Shown: positions 1-15,219 of the stretch, piece after piece
Layout: each line of letters opens with the position of its first letter
Numbering within the stretch: the stretch's first letter is position 1
Made by a program: the position numbers and the translations under genes
The notes under the pieces: model-generated
Seen by the model: only the letters and a program-made list of their open reading frames with translations
Database searches by the model: none
What the model was told of the DNA's origin: nothing
NCBI GenBank assembly: GCA_002104945.1
Contig: MCFH01000054.1
Span: 62,001 to 126,000 of the forward strand
DNA length: 64,000 nucleotides
From: Piromyces finnis finn
Lineage: Eukaryota > Fungi > Neocallimastigomycota
Direction: 5' to 3'

Positions 1-805
1 AGGTTACGATAAAACAATAATATCACTTTTATTCTATATAAAAACAATAGCAACAGCATTTTAAAAAATGATTTCTTCACCTCATTGATAAATAAATAAA
101 TCTTTTTTTTATTTACTATATTTAATAAAATTACTAGATAAAAAAAGTAAAAAAAAAAATTATATGAAATTCTGTTATTGATTCAATCTATATAAATTAA
201 AATTTTATAGTTTAATACTAAGCATAATCTATTCATCTTATTGTTTCATTAATACTTTTAATTATTATTTTAGTATTTTTACTGTTATACCATTGATTAT
301 TGAGGATCAATAATTTTACATAGAAAGAATTATTAAAGATAATAGTAAAATTAATATCGAAATCAAATTCCTTTAAAAGTAGTATTTTTAATCTTGTTTA
401 ATAAAACTAAATAAAGTATTCGATAACTTTATTAATAAATATTAATATTTATGATATATAATATATAATATTTCCTAATAATAGTATTTTAAAATTGTAC
501 ATTCATTCATATATCTTTATGTTTCTTCCCTTTTGATATACATTTTTTTTTTTTAGCTTTATTTTATCAAATTCATTCACATATCAAAAAAGGTTAACTT
601 TAATAAAATAAAAAAAAAAATATTTACTCAAAAGTTCTTTTTTATATAAATTTTATCATATTATTTTTATTTATTATATAAATATTATTAATTCATAATT
701 CTTTAATAGTTTTTTTCTTCATCATCATCATCATTATTATTATTATTACTATTATTAAAAAAAATGAATATATATAGATAGTAATTATATAAATTACTAT
801 TAGAT

Positions 806-861
806 GCTGAAAGTTTTTACTAATTATTATAACGCTGAAAGTTTTTACTAATTATTATAAC
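806..861. repeat. 28-bp perfect tandem duplication downstream of the kinase stop codon
   Basis: GCTGAAAGTTTTTACTAATTATTATAAC occurs at 806-833 and 834-861. Confidence 0.9.
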
Positions 862-993
862 TAGTAAAAGCTAATCCAAAAATTTTTTAAACGAATTTAA
901 AAAAAAAACTTTTAAATCATTATTTAAAACTCTTATTATCTAAAAATAATTTGTAAATAAAGTCTATATAAATATTTTTTATTAATAAAAACT

Positions 994-3969
<2,976 letters not shown>

Positions 3970-4060
3970 GGTTATCTATCGTTTATTTGATTTATTTGGT
4001 ACTATTGATATTTCGAATATTTAATGATGAAGAATATTACATATATAATATATAATAATA

Positions 4061-4091
<31 letters not shown>

Positions 4092-4612
4092 TAATAGTTT
4101 TATAAATGTGATGATTTTATATTCTTTTCTTAATATTGTTAAAATCTACACACTTTTATTTTAATAGGGATATATATCAAATACTCGACTAATTGTATAT
4201 TATAATAGATAATCAAAAATTATAAAATTTATAAATATATAAATATTGCGTTAGTAAATGAAAAATAATTTATATTATCGAAAAAGAAAAAGTTTTTGAT
4301 AGTAAATATCTATATTCTTAATTGCTTTATTATTATTATATTTTATTATTGTAATGAATAATAAGTGTTTTATTTTAATTTTATATGGCAATATTAATAT
4401 GTTTTCATGTTAATATTAAAGTAGGTTTTACACCTTTAATATATTATAGAAGATTATCATTACTTTATAATTTTTCTCGAGATTTATATAATTTGGTATT
4501 CCAATATATAATTATTCACTCAATTTATATAAGATACTTCTACAGTAAAATAATCTATATTAACTAATAATAATGGAGATAAAATATAGCATAAAAATAC
4601 TTTAAAAAAATT

Positions 4613-4644
<32 letters not shown>

Positions 4645-6042
4645 AATAAAAAAAAAAATATAAAGTATATATGTTATATTGGTATTGTTGTTATTGTATA
4701 TCTTAATTTGTTATAAAATAAAATCATTAATACATTTTAACTTTTACATTAATCCTTTACCATTAAGTAAAAATTAATTAAAAGTAATTATAATATATTT
4801 AGTACAAATAGTTAACTTTAATTATATTAACGCATAGTAATTTCTAATATCTACAAAAAAATATAAATGAAAAAAACTAAAAAGTTATTATTATAATAAA
4901 CCCTATTTGATGAGAAGATTATCGCCTTTAACTAATTAATTGATTAATGCTTAATTAATTTTCTCAAATTTTATATACTAATAAAAAAACTATAATTTTT
5001 ATAAAAATGTATATAATACAATATATAATTATCTAAAAATATATTAAAGTCTTTTTATTATTAAATGTTTTGACAATTAAAAAGTTCTTTACACCAAACT
5101 AAAAAAAATACTAAAATATCAATGAATTGAATTATAAATTATTTCAAATTATATTTTTAAATAATTACAAAAATAACATAAATTTAAAAATTTAAAAACT
5201 TTAAATGGTAAGATTAATTATAATGTTAAAGTTACTTTACAAATTTATATATGGCGATATGAAATTAAAAAGATGATACTTTTTCAATAAAATATAATTA
5301 AATAATCTAATTTATATAAAGTTAAAAAAAAAGAAGAAGAAAAGAAAAGAAAAAAGGGAACATAAACATCGTGTATTTATCATAAAGTTAAAAATTAAAA
5401 AATTCCATTAATCTACTAGAAAAACTACATTTATGGAAAAAAGGATTATTTTTATTATTTTTCCTGTTTGAATTTTTTTTTTTTTTTTTTTTTTTTATTT
5501 AAGTGGTGTAAATGATTGTGTAGTAGTAATACCTGTAATTTTATATATAATACTTGGAATACTTATTTATAATAATCCCAATTATTTATATATAAATATA
5601 AGAAGATAAGAAATTCTACTATAGTAATATTAAAAACTATACTTTGTGATTACATGTCTAACTATCAATTTACCTTCATATATTTAATTTTTTATGTATA
5701 CTTATCTTCTTCTTTATATAACTAGCTATATATATAATGGAATGTATATTATAATTAAATATATATATAGTTATGTATATATATAACAGTATAACAATAC
5801 ACATTAATTTATTTAGAAGAAAAAGAGAAAAAATTAAAAAGTATATAATAAATTAAATTTCTTTTTTTTTAAAAAAAAAATTGTTTTATTAATTATGTAA
5901 TTCAAACATTTATAATATTAAATTATGATATTATTTATACATTAAAGTTATATATATATATTTGAATGTTTGTATATATGTTATTATTGTTGATATTCCA
6001 TGATTTTATTTTTTTTATAAAAAACTCTTGAATAAAATTAAA

Positions 6043-6791
6043 TTACTTTTTTGATGCACTAATATATAATACTATATTAATTGAAAATTTGTTAAAAAAA
6101 GAAAAAATATTTTTATTTTTAGATTGTATTTAATAAATATAATTAAATATATTTTTGTTTTTATTTTCATTATATATACCGTTATTTCCTCTTATAAAAG
6201 CATCACCATATTTATTTTTTAATTGACCATTAACATATTCTTCAGTTTGTTCAAGAGCAATATTCATATAACCATCGAGACAAGCAAGAATACCTTTAAG
6301 ATATTGTATATAGTGAAATTCATAAATCAATAAATTATATTTAGTAAAACTTTAGAATTCATATATTTATACATAATTGTTATTGTAGTTTATTTTGTAT
6401 AAATTGATTTATTTTAAAAAATTAATCAAAATTCAAATTTTAAATGTAACTTTAAACAAACCTTGATATTTGATTCCTGAATTTAATTTAACAATTACTG
6501 GCTTTCCAATAACATTATCTAAAAATTCAGTTGGTGTCTTTTTTTTTTTTTTTTAACATAAAAACATAAATGAAAGGAGGGAATATATATATATGGTTAA
6601 ATATTTAATTAGGATTTGATTAATCAAATTTCAATTGATTTTTAATATTTCTAAATTAATCATTTATTGAACAATATAGATGTATCAACTAATTATTAAA
6701 GATTGTATTTCTAAAATTTAACACCATATTTTATATTTTTTGTTGTATTTATGATAATTCCTATCGTATTTTATTTTCCTACCTTTGACAT
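6043..6791 (-). CDS. LSM6: U6 snRNA-associated Sm-like protein LSm6 (4 exons)
   Basis: Exons join to MSK|TPTEFLDNVIGKPVIVKLNSGIKYQG|ILACLDGYMNIALEQTEEYVNGQLKNKYGDAFIRGNNV|LYISASKK*, the canonical LSm6 sequence; all junctions are GT-AG. Confidence 0.97.
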
Positions 6792-7322
6792 TTTTGCTAT
6801 ATTATTATTTGTTTAATTAATCTTTTTGTTAAAAGTTTAAAAAAAAAAAAAAGATGTATATATGTATATATTTTTTAATAACAATGTTTAAATTAAAAAT
6901 TTATACATAATAATAATGTAATAAATAAATAAATGTATAATTCATATTTATTTCTATATATTAAATTATATTGTTTTGTAGTACAATTCAAAATTTTATT
7001 AATTAAAAAAATAAAAATAAAAAAGTGAATTATTGTTTTTGAATTACTTTTTATTTTATTTTATATTAAATGTATCTTAAATTGAGTAAATTGAAATGAA
7101 AATGATAAAGAATTCTTAATCATACTAATGAGGAAAAATGAAAATAATAATGAAAGACGATAATAAATAAAAAAAAATTAAATATTACTTTAATAATTTT
7201 ATAATTAAAAATAATATAAATTGGCTTGAATTATCTACATTAATAATATTGATTTTTTGCAAAGAAAAAATACTTGTAATAAGACTTATAACAAAATATA
7301 TTTAAATATATTTTAAATTTAT

Positions 7323-8361
7323 TCAAAATTCAATTTCTTCACCATTTCTCTTAACAATTTTTTGGAAATACTTCTTATTAATAATGTTATTAAAACCAGA
7401 AGATAATATAACACCGTTTTCTGATAAAAAAAATTCCATTCCATCATCCATAGCTTTTTTAGAATCTATGTAAATTGCAACTTCATAGTTATATCTCATT
7501 CCACTATTCAAATATGTATATATTATGATTATTATTGTTGTTATTATTATTATTAACATACATATAGTGTGCTATGCTTTTTACTTCTTATTAATATATT
7601 ACCTTATTACATTCTTATCACCAAATAAACCACTTGCAAAATGAATATGTGTACGTCCTCTAGTACTTAAACCATTATTTACTATAATATATTTTATGTT
7701 AATGTACTTATTTTCCCCATTATTAAATAGAATTAATATTTGTATTTAAGATGGAGAAAAAAAAAAAACTTACAAATGCTTTGTAAGTGCTCCATAACTG
7801 TTCCATGAATAACAACAGGAATTTCCGAAGGATCATTAACTTTTTTCAAATTTGGATTTTTCAACTAATTTAAAGTACATATATATGTCGACATTGCTTT
7901 AATTTTAAACTTTTTTTAATTATAAAAAAATTATTTTATCTTTGTACCTTTATAGAATGTCCTTGATTTGCTTTTATAAACCATACTCCATCTTCATTTT
8001 TTAAAGTATATCTTTTCTTATCATTAGTATTAACAATTTTTTGAATATCTTCAATAGTAAGGTTTCTAAATCTTTTTAATTTTAACTTTTTGGGATAAAT
8101 GTTTTTTATAAAAATAACAACAAATAAATAAATATTATAAAGTTAATAAAAATTAATTATCTATTGAATTTTAATTTAAAATTTAAATTTATATTGTAGT
8201 ATAAAAGGACTTACTATATCATCAACTTTAACATATCCTTCATCATCTATACTAAGACCAAGTTTAATAGCTGTATGTCTTAATACTTTAGATAAATTTA
8301 TTGATGTTGTAACTAAGTTTTGTGGTCTGTCAGCTTTACCAGTAATTTGTTGATAGTTCAT
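7323..8361 (-). CDS. TPT1: tRNA 2'-phosphotransferase Tpt1/KptA (5 exons)
   Basis: Motifs LSKVLRH, IVNTNDKKRY, IKANQGHSIK, VIHGT, RTHIHFA, FFLSENGVILSSG from spliced minus-strand exons. Confidence 0.95.
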
Positions 8362-8450
8362 ATTTCCTTTTATTTCCCTTTTAATATTTTTAAATTTTAT
8401 ATATTATAAATATACATATTACTATATATAAATTTATTTCTAGAATTATA

Positions 8451-8520
8451 GCCAATCATATATATTTATTTTAACTCATTAAATTTAATAAAATTAATTT
8501 ATTAAAATTTTTATATATAA
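8451..8520 (+). promoter_or_regulatory. U3 copy 1 promoter: CCAAT box, ACTCATT motif, TATA box
   Basis: GCCAAT 8451, ACTCATTAAA 8474, TATATAA 8514-8520. The same motifs recur at the same spacing upstream of U3 copy 2. Confidence 0.65.
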
Positions 8521-8548
8521 ATGTGCCTTTTTTATTCATTTGAAAACC

Positions 8549-8766
8549 ATCGACCGTACTTTACAGGATCATGTATATAGTACGTTTCCCGTCTTTGTTT
8601 TCCAAACAAGACACATTTACTAAGTTGGATGAAGATGGAGAGCACCGGTTCATAGCGGGAAGTGGTGACTACATTTGTTTTTTAAATGAATGTTTTCATT
8701 TTGAAGATCGTGCCTATCAAATTTTTCCATTGATACGGCAAGGACTTGGTTGCTTTCTGACAACTT
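8549..8766 (+). ncRNA. U3: U3 small nucleolar RNA (box C/D), copy 1
   Basis: 5' ATCGACCGTACTTTACAGGATCATGTATATAG contains the GAC box, box A' and box A (CAGGATCA is complementary to the 18S 5' UGAUCCUG). Box C' GATGA 8628-8632, box B TAGCGGGA 8653-8660, box C-like TGAAGAT 8702-8708, box D CTGA 8757-8760. Terminal stem AAGTTG (8622-8627)/CAACTT (8761-8766). Internal hairpins such as TGCC-TATCAA...TTGATA-C-GGCA. The 5' end is approximate. Confidence 0.92.
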
Positions 8767-9060
8767 TTTAAATATTTTATAAATAAATTGAATTTAAAAA
8801 TTATTAAAAATATAAAATAAATAATTATTTTTGAATAAGTAAAGTTAATAAATAATTTAATATGTATTAATTATTTTAAATATCTTATTTTTATATGTAT
8901 TTACTTGGACTTTTATTAACTTTGTTAGTTGATAATTTTATTTTATCTTTTTAAAATTTTTTTAATTTATTTTATTTAATGATATATTTAAAATAGTAAA
9001 AAAAAATAAAGGAAAAAAAACAAAACAAATAAATAATTATTTATATATATTTATTTTACT

Positions 9061-9600
9061 TCTAAACTGTATTATTTAAATTCCTTCTTGGGGGAAGAAG
9101 TTTTAACAATATTAATTACAATTCAAGGGAATGGAAAGAACTTTGTAAGCGTCAGATTCAATCTGGTACTAATGAAGGAACACCATTCTTGACGGTAACC
9201 GCGGAACTTCTAACCAAAATCATGCCTTTTGCTATTGGCCAGCAATGGTCAGTGTTCAAAAGGTTTGAAGCAATATCCAAGAGCGTCAATGCTGAAGAAA
9301 CAGTAAGACAGGCCAGGAGGGCCAGCGCAACCAATGGAGATCATAATTTTGTTCCATGACAAAATTTTGATCTTTGGCTCGGTGTCCCATTGGAAGTCAA
9401 ATACAATTATTATACTTTAGTGTGATAGTGGCTTTCTTACTTTAATTAAAATTACTAGAATACATTATACCCAATTTTTATTCATTTGTGTTTATTTAAA
9501 CATATTTTTTTTTTTATTTTTATTTTTATTTTTAATTTTTTATATTACATGTATTATAATTTTAATTAAATTAATAATAAAGTTTAAAATATTTGATGCC

Positions 9601-9634
<34 letters not shown>

Positions 9635-9647
9635 AAACTGTATTATT
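9061..9647 (+). mobile_element. 5'-truncated non-LTR retrotransposon (LINE) 3' end with poly(A) tail and 16-bp TSD
   Basis: TCTAAACTGTATTATT at 9061-9076 and 9632-9647. Poly(A) 9604-9631. Open ORF2 tail FKFLLGGRSFNNINYNSREWKELCKRQ...ARRASATNGDHNFVP* (TGA 9357-9359). Homologous to 21300-21700. Confidence 0.88.
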
Positions 9648-10704
9648 CTAAATATTAAGTTGGAAGAAAAAAAAATAATTAATTAACAATATTTTTTAAT
9701 TTTCTTTTTGAGACTCTTCTTTTTAGTACTCTTTTGTTGTAGTGCATGTATGATTCCTTATAAATGTTATGCCGATTATGATTTGTGATTTTTATACAAT
9801 GATTAGTTTGCATATTCAATATAACTGTTAGTAAAATTTAATTTCTTATTTTAAAATATATACTTTTTGTTATAAATATATGTGTGTGTTTATAGGTACA
9901 TGTAAATATATAAATACTAATTAATTTTTATTTTATATAAAGTTTCTATTTTATTTCTCTTCAAATATTAATTAATGGAAATATAGGTATATTAAAAGTT
10001 TTTTTTTTTTTTTTTTTTTACAAATATTTCAACTATAAAGGATTCTTTTTATTTTTTACTTATTCACTAATTATACCATTATGAAATTTTATTATATTCA
10101 ATGATAAAGCTTTTTTATTATATAACAAACATAATAACCTAACCTTTTAATTATTCTTTTTTATTTACTATACTTGATCTCTAACCTTTTTAATATAAAA
10201 TATTTATAAATAAGAATTAAAATAAAAAAATAAAAAAAGAGAGAACAAACGCTCTTTTTTTTTTTTATCTTGATAAAAATATGTGATAAAAAAAATGAAA
10301 CATTTATTAAAATTGCCAAAAAAGAAATATATATATTTATAATAAAAATGTGTAATAATAATAATATTTGTATTTATTAAACAAGTTAAATTACTACAAT
10401 TATTCAATAATTTATTATCATACAATGAATAATAAATTTATTATTAAAAGTAATAAAAACAAGATATAAAATTCCTAGAAACATAGAAATAAAAAAATAG
10501 CAAATAATAATAATAATAAAAAAACTTTTATACTATTTTTATTTTATATATCTTATTTTTCTCATTTTTTTTTTTAGATTCAATAAAAAATATAATCAAT
10601 AATCTAACCATAAATTTATTGTTATTTAAAAATTTTTATTATAATATTATATTAAATATATTAATTTTTCTTTATCCAATGAAATTAAAATAAATAAATT
10701 TTCA

Positions 10705-10774
10705 GCCAATGAAAATGAGTTGAATAATACTCATTAAAAAATAAATAATATAATATATTTTGAATTATATATAA
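10705..10774 (+). promoter_or_regulatory. U3 copy 2 promoter: CCAAT box, ACTCATT motif, TATA box
   Basis: GCCAAT 10705, ACTCATTAAA 10729, TATATAA 10768-10774. Offsets to copy 1 are 2254/2255/2254, matching the 2254 offset of the U3 bodies. Confidence 0.65.
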
Positions 10775-10802
10775 TACGATAACTTTTATTCATTTGAAAA
10801 CC

Positions 10803-11020
10803 ATCGACCGTACTTTACAGGATCATGTATATAGTACGTTTCCCGTCTTTGTTTTCCAAACAAGACACATTTACTAAGTTGGATGAAGATGGAGAGCACC
10901 GGTTCATAGCGGGAAGTGGTGACTACATTTGTTTTTTAAACGAATGTTTTCATTTTGAAGATCGTGCCTATCAAATTTTTCCATTGATACGGCAAGGACT
11001 TGGTTGCTTTCTGACAACTT
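10803..11020 (+). ncRNA. U3: U3 small nucleolar RNA (box C/D), copy 2
   Basis: Identical to copy 1 within the RNA except one T/C (AAATGAAT vs AAACGAAT), which converts a G-U into a G-C pair in the ACATTTG/(T,C)GAATGT stem. Confidence 0.92.
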
Positions 11021-11464
11021 TCTAAATATTTTATAAATAAATTGAATTTAAAAATTATTAAAAATGTAAAATAAATAATTTATTTATAATAATTAGTTAA
11101 TACTTTTTTAATAAATGATTAAAAAGATAAATATTAAAATATATTTTAAATAGAGTAAAACACCATATATTTTACTTTAGTTTATAGATATGATTATTAT
11201 TTTATTTTTGTTTGTTTTGTTTTATTATTTTATTTTTGTTTCTACAATTCTAATTTTTATTTTTAAAGTTAAAATATTAATTTAAATCTATTTTTTATTT
11301 TAATGCAACAACATTATTTAAATATTTATTTAATAAGCATAAAAAGTTCGAGAAAAAAAATATGAATTATACTAATATTGATACTAAATTAAAATAATGA
11401 AATAGTTTCATTACTATTAATAATTATTTATTAATAATAAATGTATTATTTGGTATATTGTAGA

Positions 11465-11739
11465 TTAATGTGGTTTTGGTTTATATCTATATTAACAGAT
11501 ATATTTGTATAAACAAGTAAATAATAAATTAATAAAAACTTTATATAAATCAAATATATATTTATAAATTATGGATATTTTACCCGTCAACAGCCATATT
11601 TCTTGTTACACTTGGAATAGTAACTGTCATACCATCCATAGCTTTAGTTACACGAACTTGGCATCCTAAACGTGAACTAATAATTTTATTATATATTTTA
11701 TGTAAAAAGCAAAAAAAACAAAAAAAACAAAAAAACAAA

Positions 11740-11792
<53 letters not shown>

Positions 11793-11841
11793 CATCATCA
11801 TCATCATCATCATCATCATTATTATTATTATTATTATTATT

Positions 11842-11919
<78 letters not shown>

Positions 11920-12827
11920 GCTATTATTTTTATTTATAAAATTTATAAAAATATAATAGTAATGAAATTATTTTTTATATTATTTACGTATCAGTTAATC
12001 CAAAAGCTAATTCAAGTAAATCTTCTTCACCTTCAGATGGTTCTTCTATTTTTTCGTAGAATTCTGGATCTATTATTACATGACATGTTGAACAAGCTAT
12101 TTTTTATTTTGTATATAGAGTGAAAAAGGAATTATATATATATATATGTATTATATTAATAGTCAATATGAAATGAATTTTATTATTATTATTGATAACA
12201 ATAAAATATTTATTAAAGTACTAACCACAAGAGCCTTCACATGCTCCTTCTAAAAAAATATCATTTTCACGAGTAACATCTAAAAGGGATTCACCTCTTT
12301 TAGCTTGAACGGTTTTCTTTTTTCCATCAGTAATAAATGTTATATTGATACCATTTTTATTTCTATTATATCGATATTCAAATTTCGAAAATTTCAAAAA
12401 CAAGTAAAATAAAATTAATATTTTGTTAATTATTATAAAACTAATTAAATTCAAACCATCATAAACTTTATATTTTATTTATATATAACATAAAATTAAT
12501 ACATACTGTTCTATTGATTTATAAATTATGTATGATATATAATATATATAAAATATATTTTTAATTAGTTATTAAATTTATATATAAATAATTATAATAT
12601 ATATATTGTATTTTCTTTTATTATTCTGATAACTTCTTGTTTTTAAAAAAATATTTACGTTTTAATATGCTTGATTTTGAAAATTTTGCTAGTTGGATTT
12701 TATTGAAATTTTGAATTTCTGGTTGAAAATTGATGGAATTTCTTAATGGTACATTTAATTTATTAAAGAAATTGCGAGAATTTAAAGAAATTCCAGTAGT
12801 AGCTTTTAAAATATTTGATAAACTCAT
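11465..12827 (-). CDS. YAH1: Organellar (mitochondrial/hydrogenosomal) adrenodoxin-type [2Fe-2S] ferredoxin, Yah1/FDX2-like; includes a 4-nt microexon
   Basis: Basic N-terminal presequence-like exon 1; [36 protein letters not shown], and a C-terminal RNMAVDGYKPKPH* (TAA 11467-11465). The frame requires microexon AACA at 12510-12507. Confidence 0.93.
11741..11898. repeat. Compound (ATT)n/(ATC)n microsatellite inside a ferredoxin intron
   Basis: Direct reading; source of the poly-M/I ORF at 11580-11876. Confidence 0.95.
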
Positions 12828-13030
12828 TTTTTATATTAATTTAACTTTATAATAAAATTGAATGTATAGTTGTATGAAATTTATTATGGATAAAAAAAAA
12901 AGTAAAAATGTTAATTATCATATCATATATATATATATATATATATGTAATATAAAGTTTTTATTTTTTTTATTATTTTAATTATGTAGACATTTTTATG
13001 TTTATAATTTATTTTCAATCCTTCCAAATC

Positions 13031-13081
<51 letters not shown>

Positions 13082-15219
13082 TATTTTAAAAGAAATATTG
13101 TTTTTGAAAGAATTTCAGAATTTATTTTTGAATAAAATTATAATTCAAATAAATACTAAATTTAAAAGAATACTTTTTTCTCTCTTCCTATAAAAAATAA
13201 TTGCTTTAAGAAAAATATAATTTTAAAATTTTAAATTTAAATTAGAAATCTATTTGAATAGTAGTAACAATAAAAAAGGAGAAATTTAGATTTCAAATTT
13301 CAAATTTCATATTTAGGACTAATTAAAAAGAATAATAATGAAATCCGAAAGAAAAAATAATGAAATTATCATCATCATTATTATTACTATTGTTTTATAA
13401 TAAATATTAAATTTCTGTTTTAATTAACAAAAAACTTTTAACTAATTTATATTGCTATTGTTGTATATGATAAAAAGCTTAAATGCTTTTATTAATTATA
13501 ATAATTACTTTATTAGAAATTGTAATAAAAAAATAAAGTTAAAAAAAGTCAAAAATTTACCTTTTATTCAATAAATATGATAAAAATGTATATGAAATAT
13601 ACTTTCTTTATTTTTTAATTTCCATTATAACTTATAACGTTGTATAAAAATAAAAAAGTGTTTTTTCTTTCTTTAAAAAGGTTTTATTTTTTATTTAAAA
13701 AAAAAAAAAGAAAAAAATACTTATTAACTAATACATCATTATATAATAGATTAATACATTACATTACATTAATTTTGAGTTGATAATTAAAATAAAATAA
13801 AAAAAAAGTTTTATAATAAAAAATATATATATAAAAAAAAACAATTCATTCTATTTCCTTACTTTAAATATATTATTTATTCATTTTGAAATTAGAATGG
13901 AATAATAAAAGGAAAAGAAGAATTATAAATGAATTATTGTTTCCTTGACTAAAAAGAATATAGGTATCTTTTAACGAACTTTTTAATATAATTGAAAAAG
14001 TAAATTAAACATATTAATATTTATTAATAATAAAAATATATTATTGGCTAAATTTACCTAGAAATTGTTATGGTATTAAATATTAAATACATAGATATAA
14101 AAGATGAATATATGAATTTTTTACTTTAATATATATATTTTTATTCGTTCAATTCCCGAAAATATTAAACAACAACAACAACAACATACATGCACATAAC
14201 ATAATAATAATAGTAATAATAAAAACAATACAAAGTAAGAAAATTAATAATAATATTATTATTATTAAAATTTCTTTTAAAAAGTTATTAACAGTCAAAA
14301 GTTTAAAATAAAATTTTAGAATATTCTTTTTTTTTTTCTAAAATTTTACTATAAAAAAAAAAAGATAAAAAGAAAAAAAAAAGAAAAATAATAATATTAT
14401 TAATAAAACTTATTCCTTTTTACGATGCAAATATATATACATATATATATATATTTAATTATTTTTTTTAATTATTTTTTTTTTAGAAAAAGGTATGTTA
14501 AATACTGAATAATAATAGATATAGTTATTCATAATTTATTGATATTTTTTTATTAATGCATTTTTTTTAAGTTGGGAGATAAATAAAAAAAGTTTAAATT
14601 TATAATTAAAGTCATCATTCTTTATAATTAAATATTTTAAATAAAAGATTATCTTTATTATTATTATTTTTTTAAAAAATAATTAAAACAATCTTTTTTA
14701 AATATAGTTTATACATAAATATTTTGTAATATGTAATATATATCATTTCATATGAAAAATATTTGAAACTATAAATATATTTATTCTTTATTATGTAAAT
14801 ACAAAAAAAAAAAAAAAACGTGGGTAGTATTAATTTTTGTATAGGATAATATAATAATTTGAATATTACTATAAAATAAAATATAGCATTATTATATTAA
14901 TTTGTATAAACTTTGAAAAATAATTATATGCTTTCAAGAAATTTATTAAAAAGTAGTGGTTATATTTTTATATTTAATTCTAAATTATAATATTAAAGTT
15001 AAATAATAAAATAGTTACATTTTAAATTATTTTTTAATATCTAAAAATTTTAAGCAAATAAAAACTATACCCAGCATTAAATTAAATTTATATTCAAATC
15101 CTAATTAATTAACAGTGTTATTATAATTCTTTTTTTTTTTATTTTATTTTATTTTATTTTTATCTTTCTTTTTTTCTTTTACTTTTTTATTAAGTAAATC
15201 TATGCAATAATAATTATCG

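Noticed and set aside
4385-4567. Short AT-rich ORFs (also 10204, 19835, 36470, 40639, 45692, 49854, 54295, 54455)
   Set aside because: F/I/L/Y/N-rich translations typical of AT-rich non-coding DNA or antisense strands; no motifs.
8571-8771. 66-aa ORF (and its copy at 10825-11025) as a conserved microprotein; both substitutions between copies are synonymous
   Set aside because: The region is fully explained as U3 snoRNA. One change is a G-U/G-C stem change and the other lies just past the RNA 3' end.
8531-11080. Two ~295-bp direct repeats as LTRs of a non-autonomous retroelement
   Set aside because: No TG...CA ends, PBS, PPT or flanking TSD; the repeats are U3 genes.
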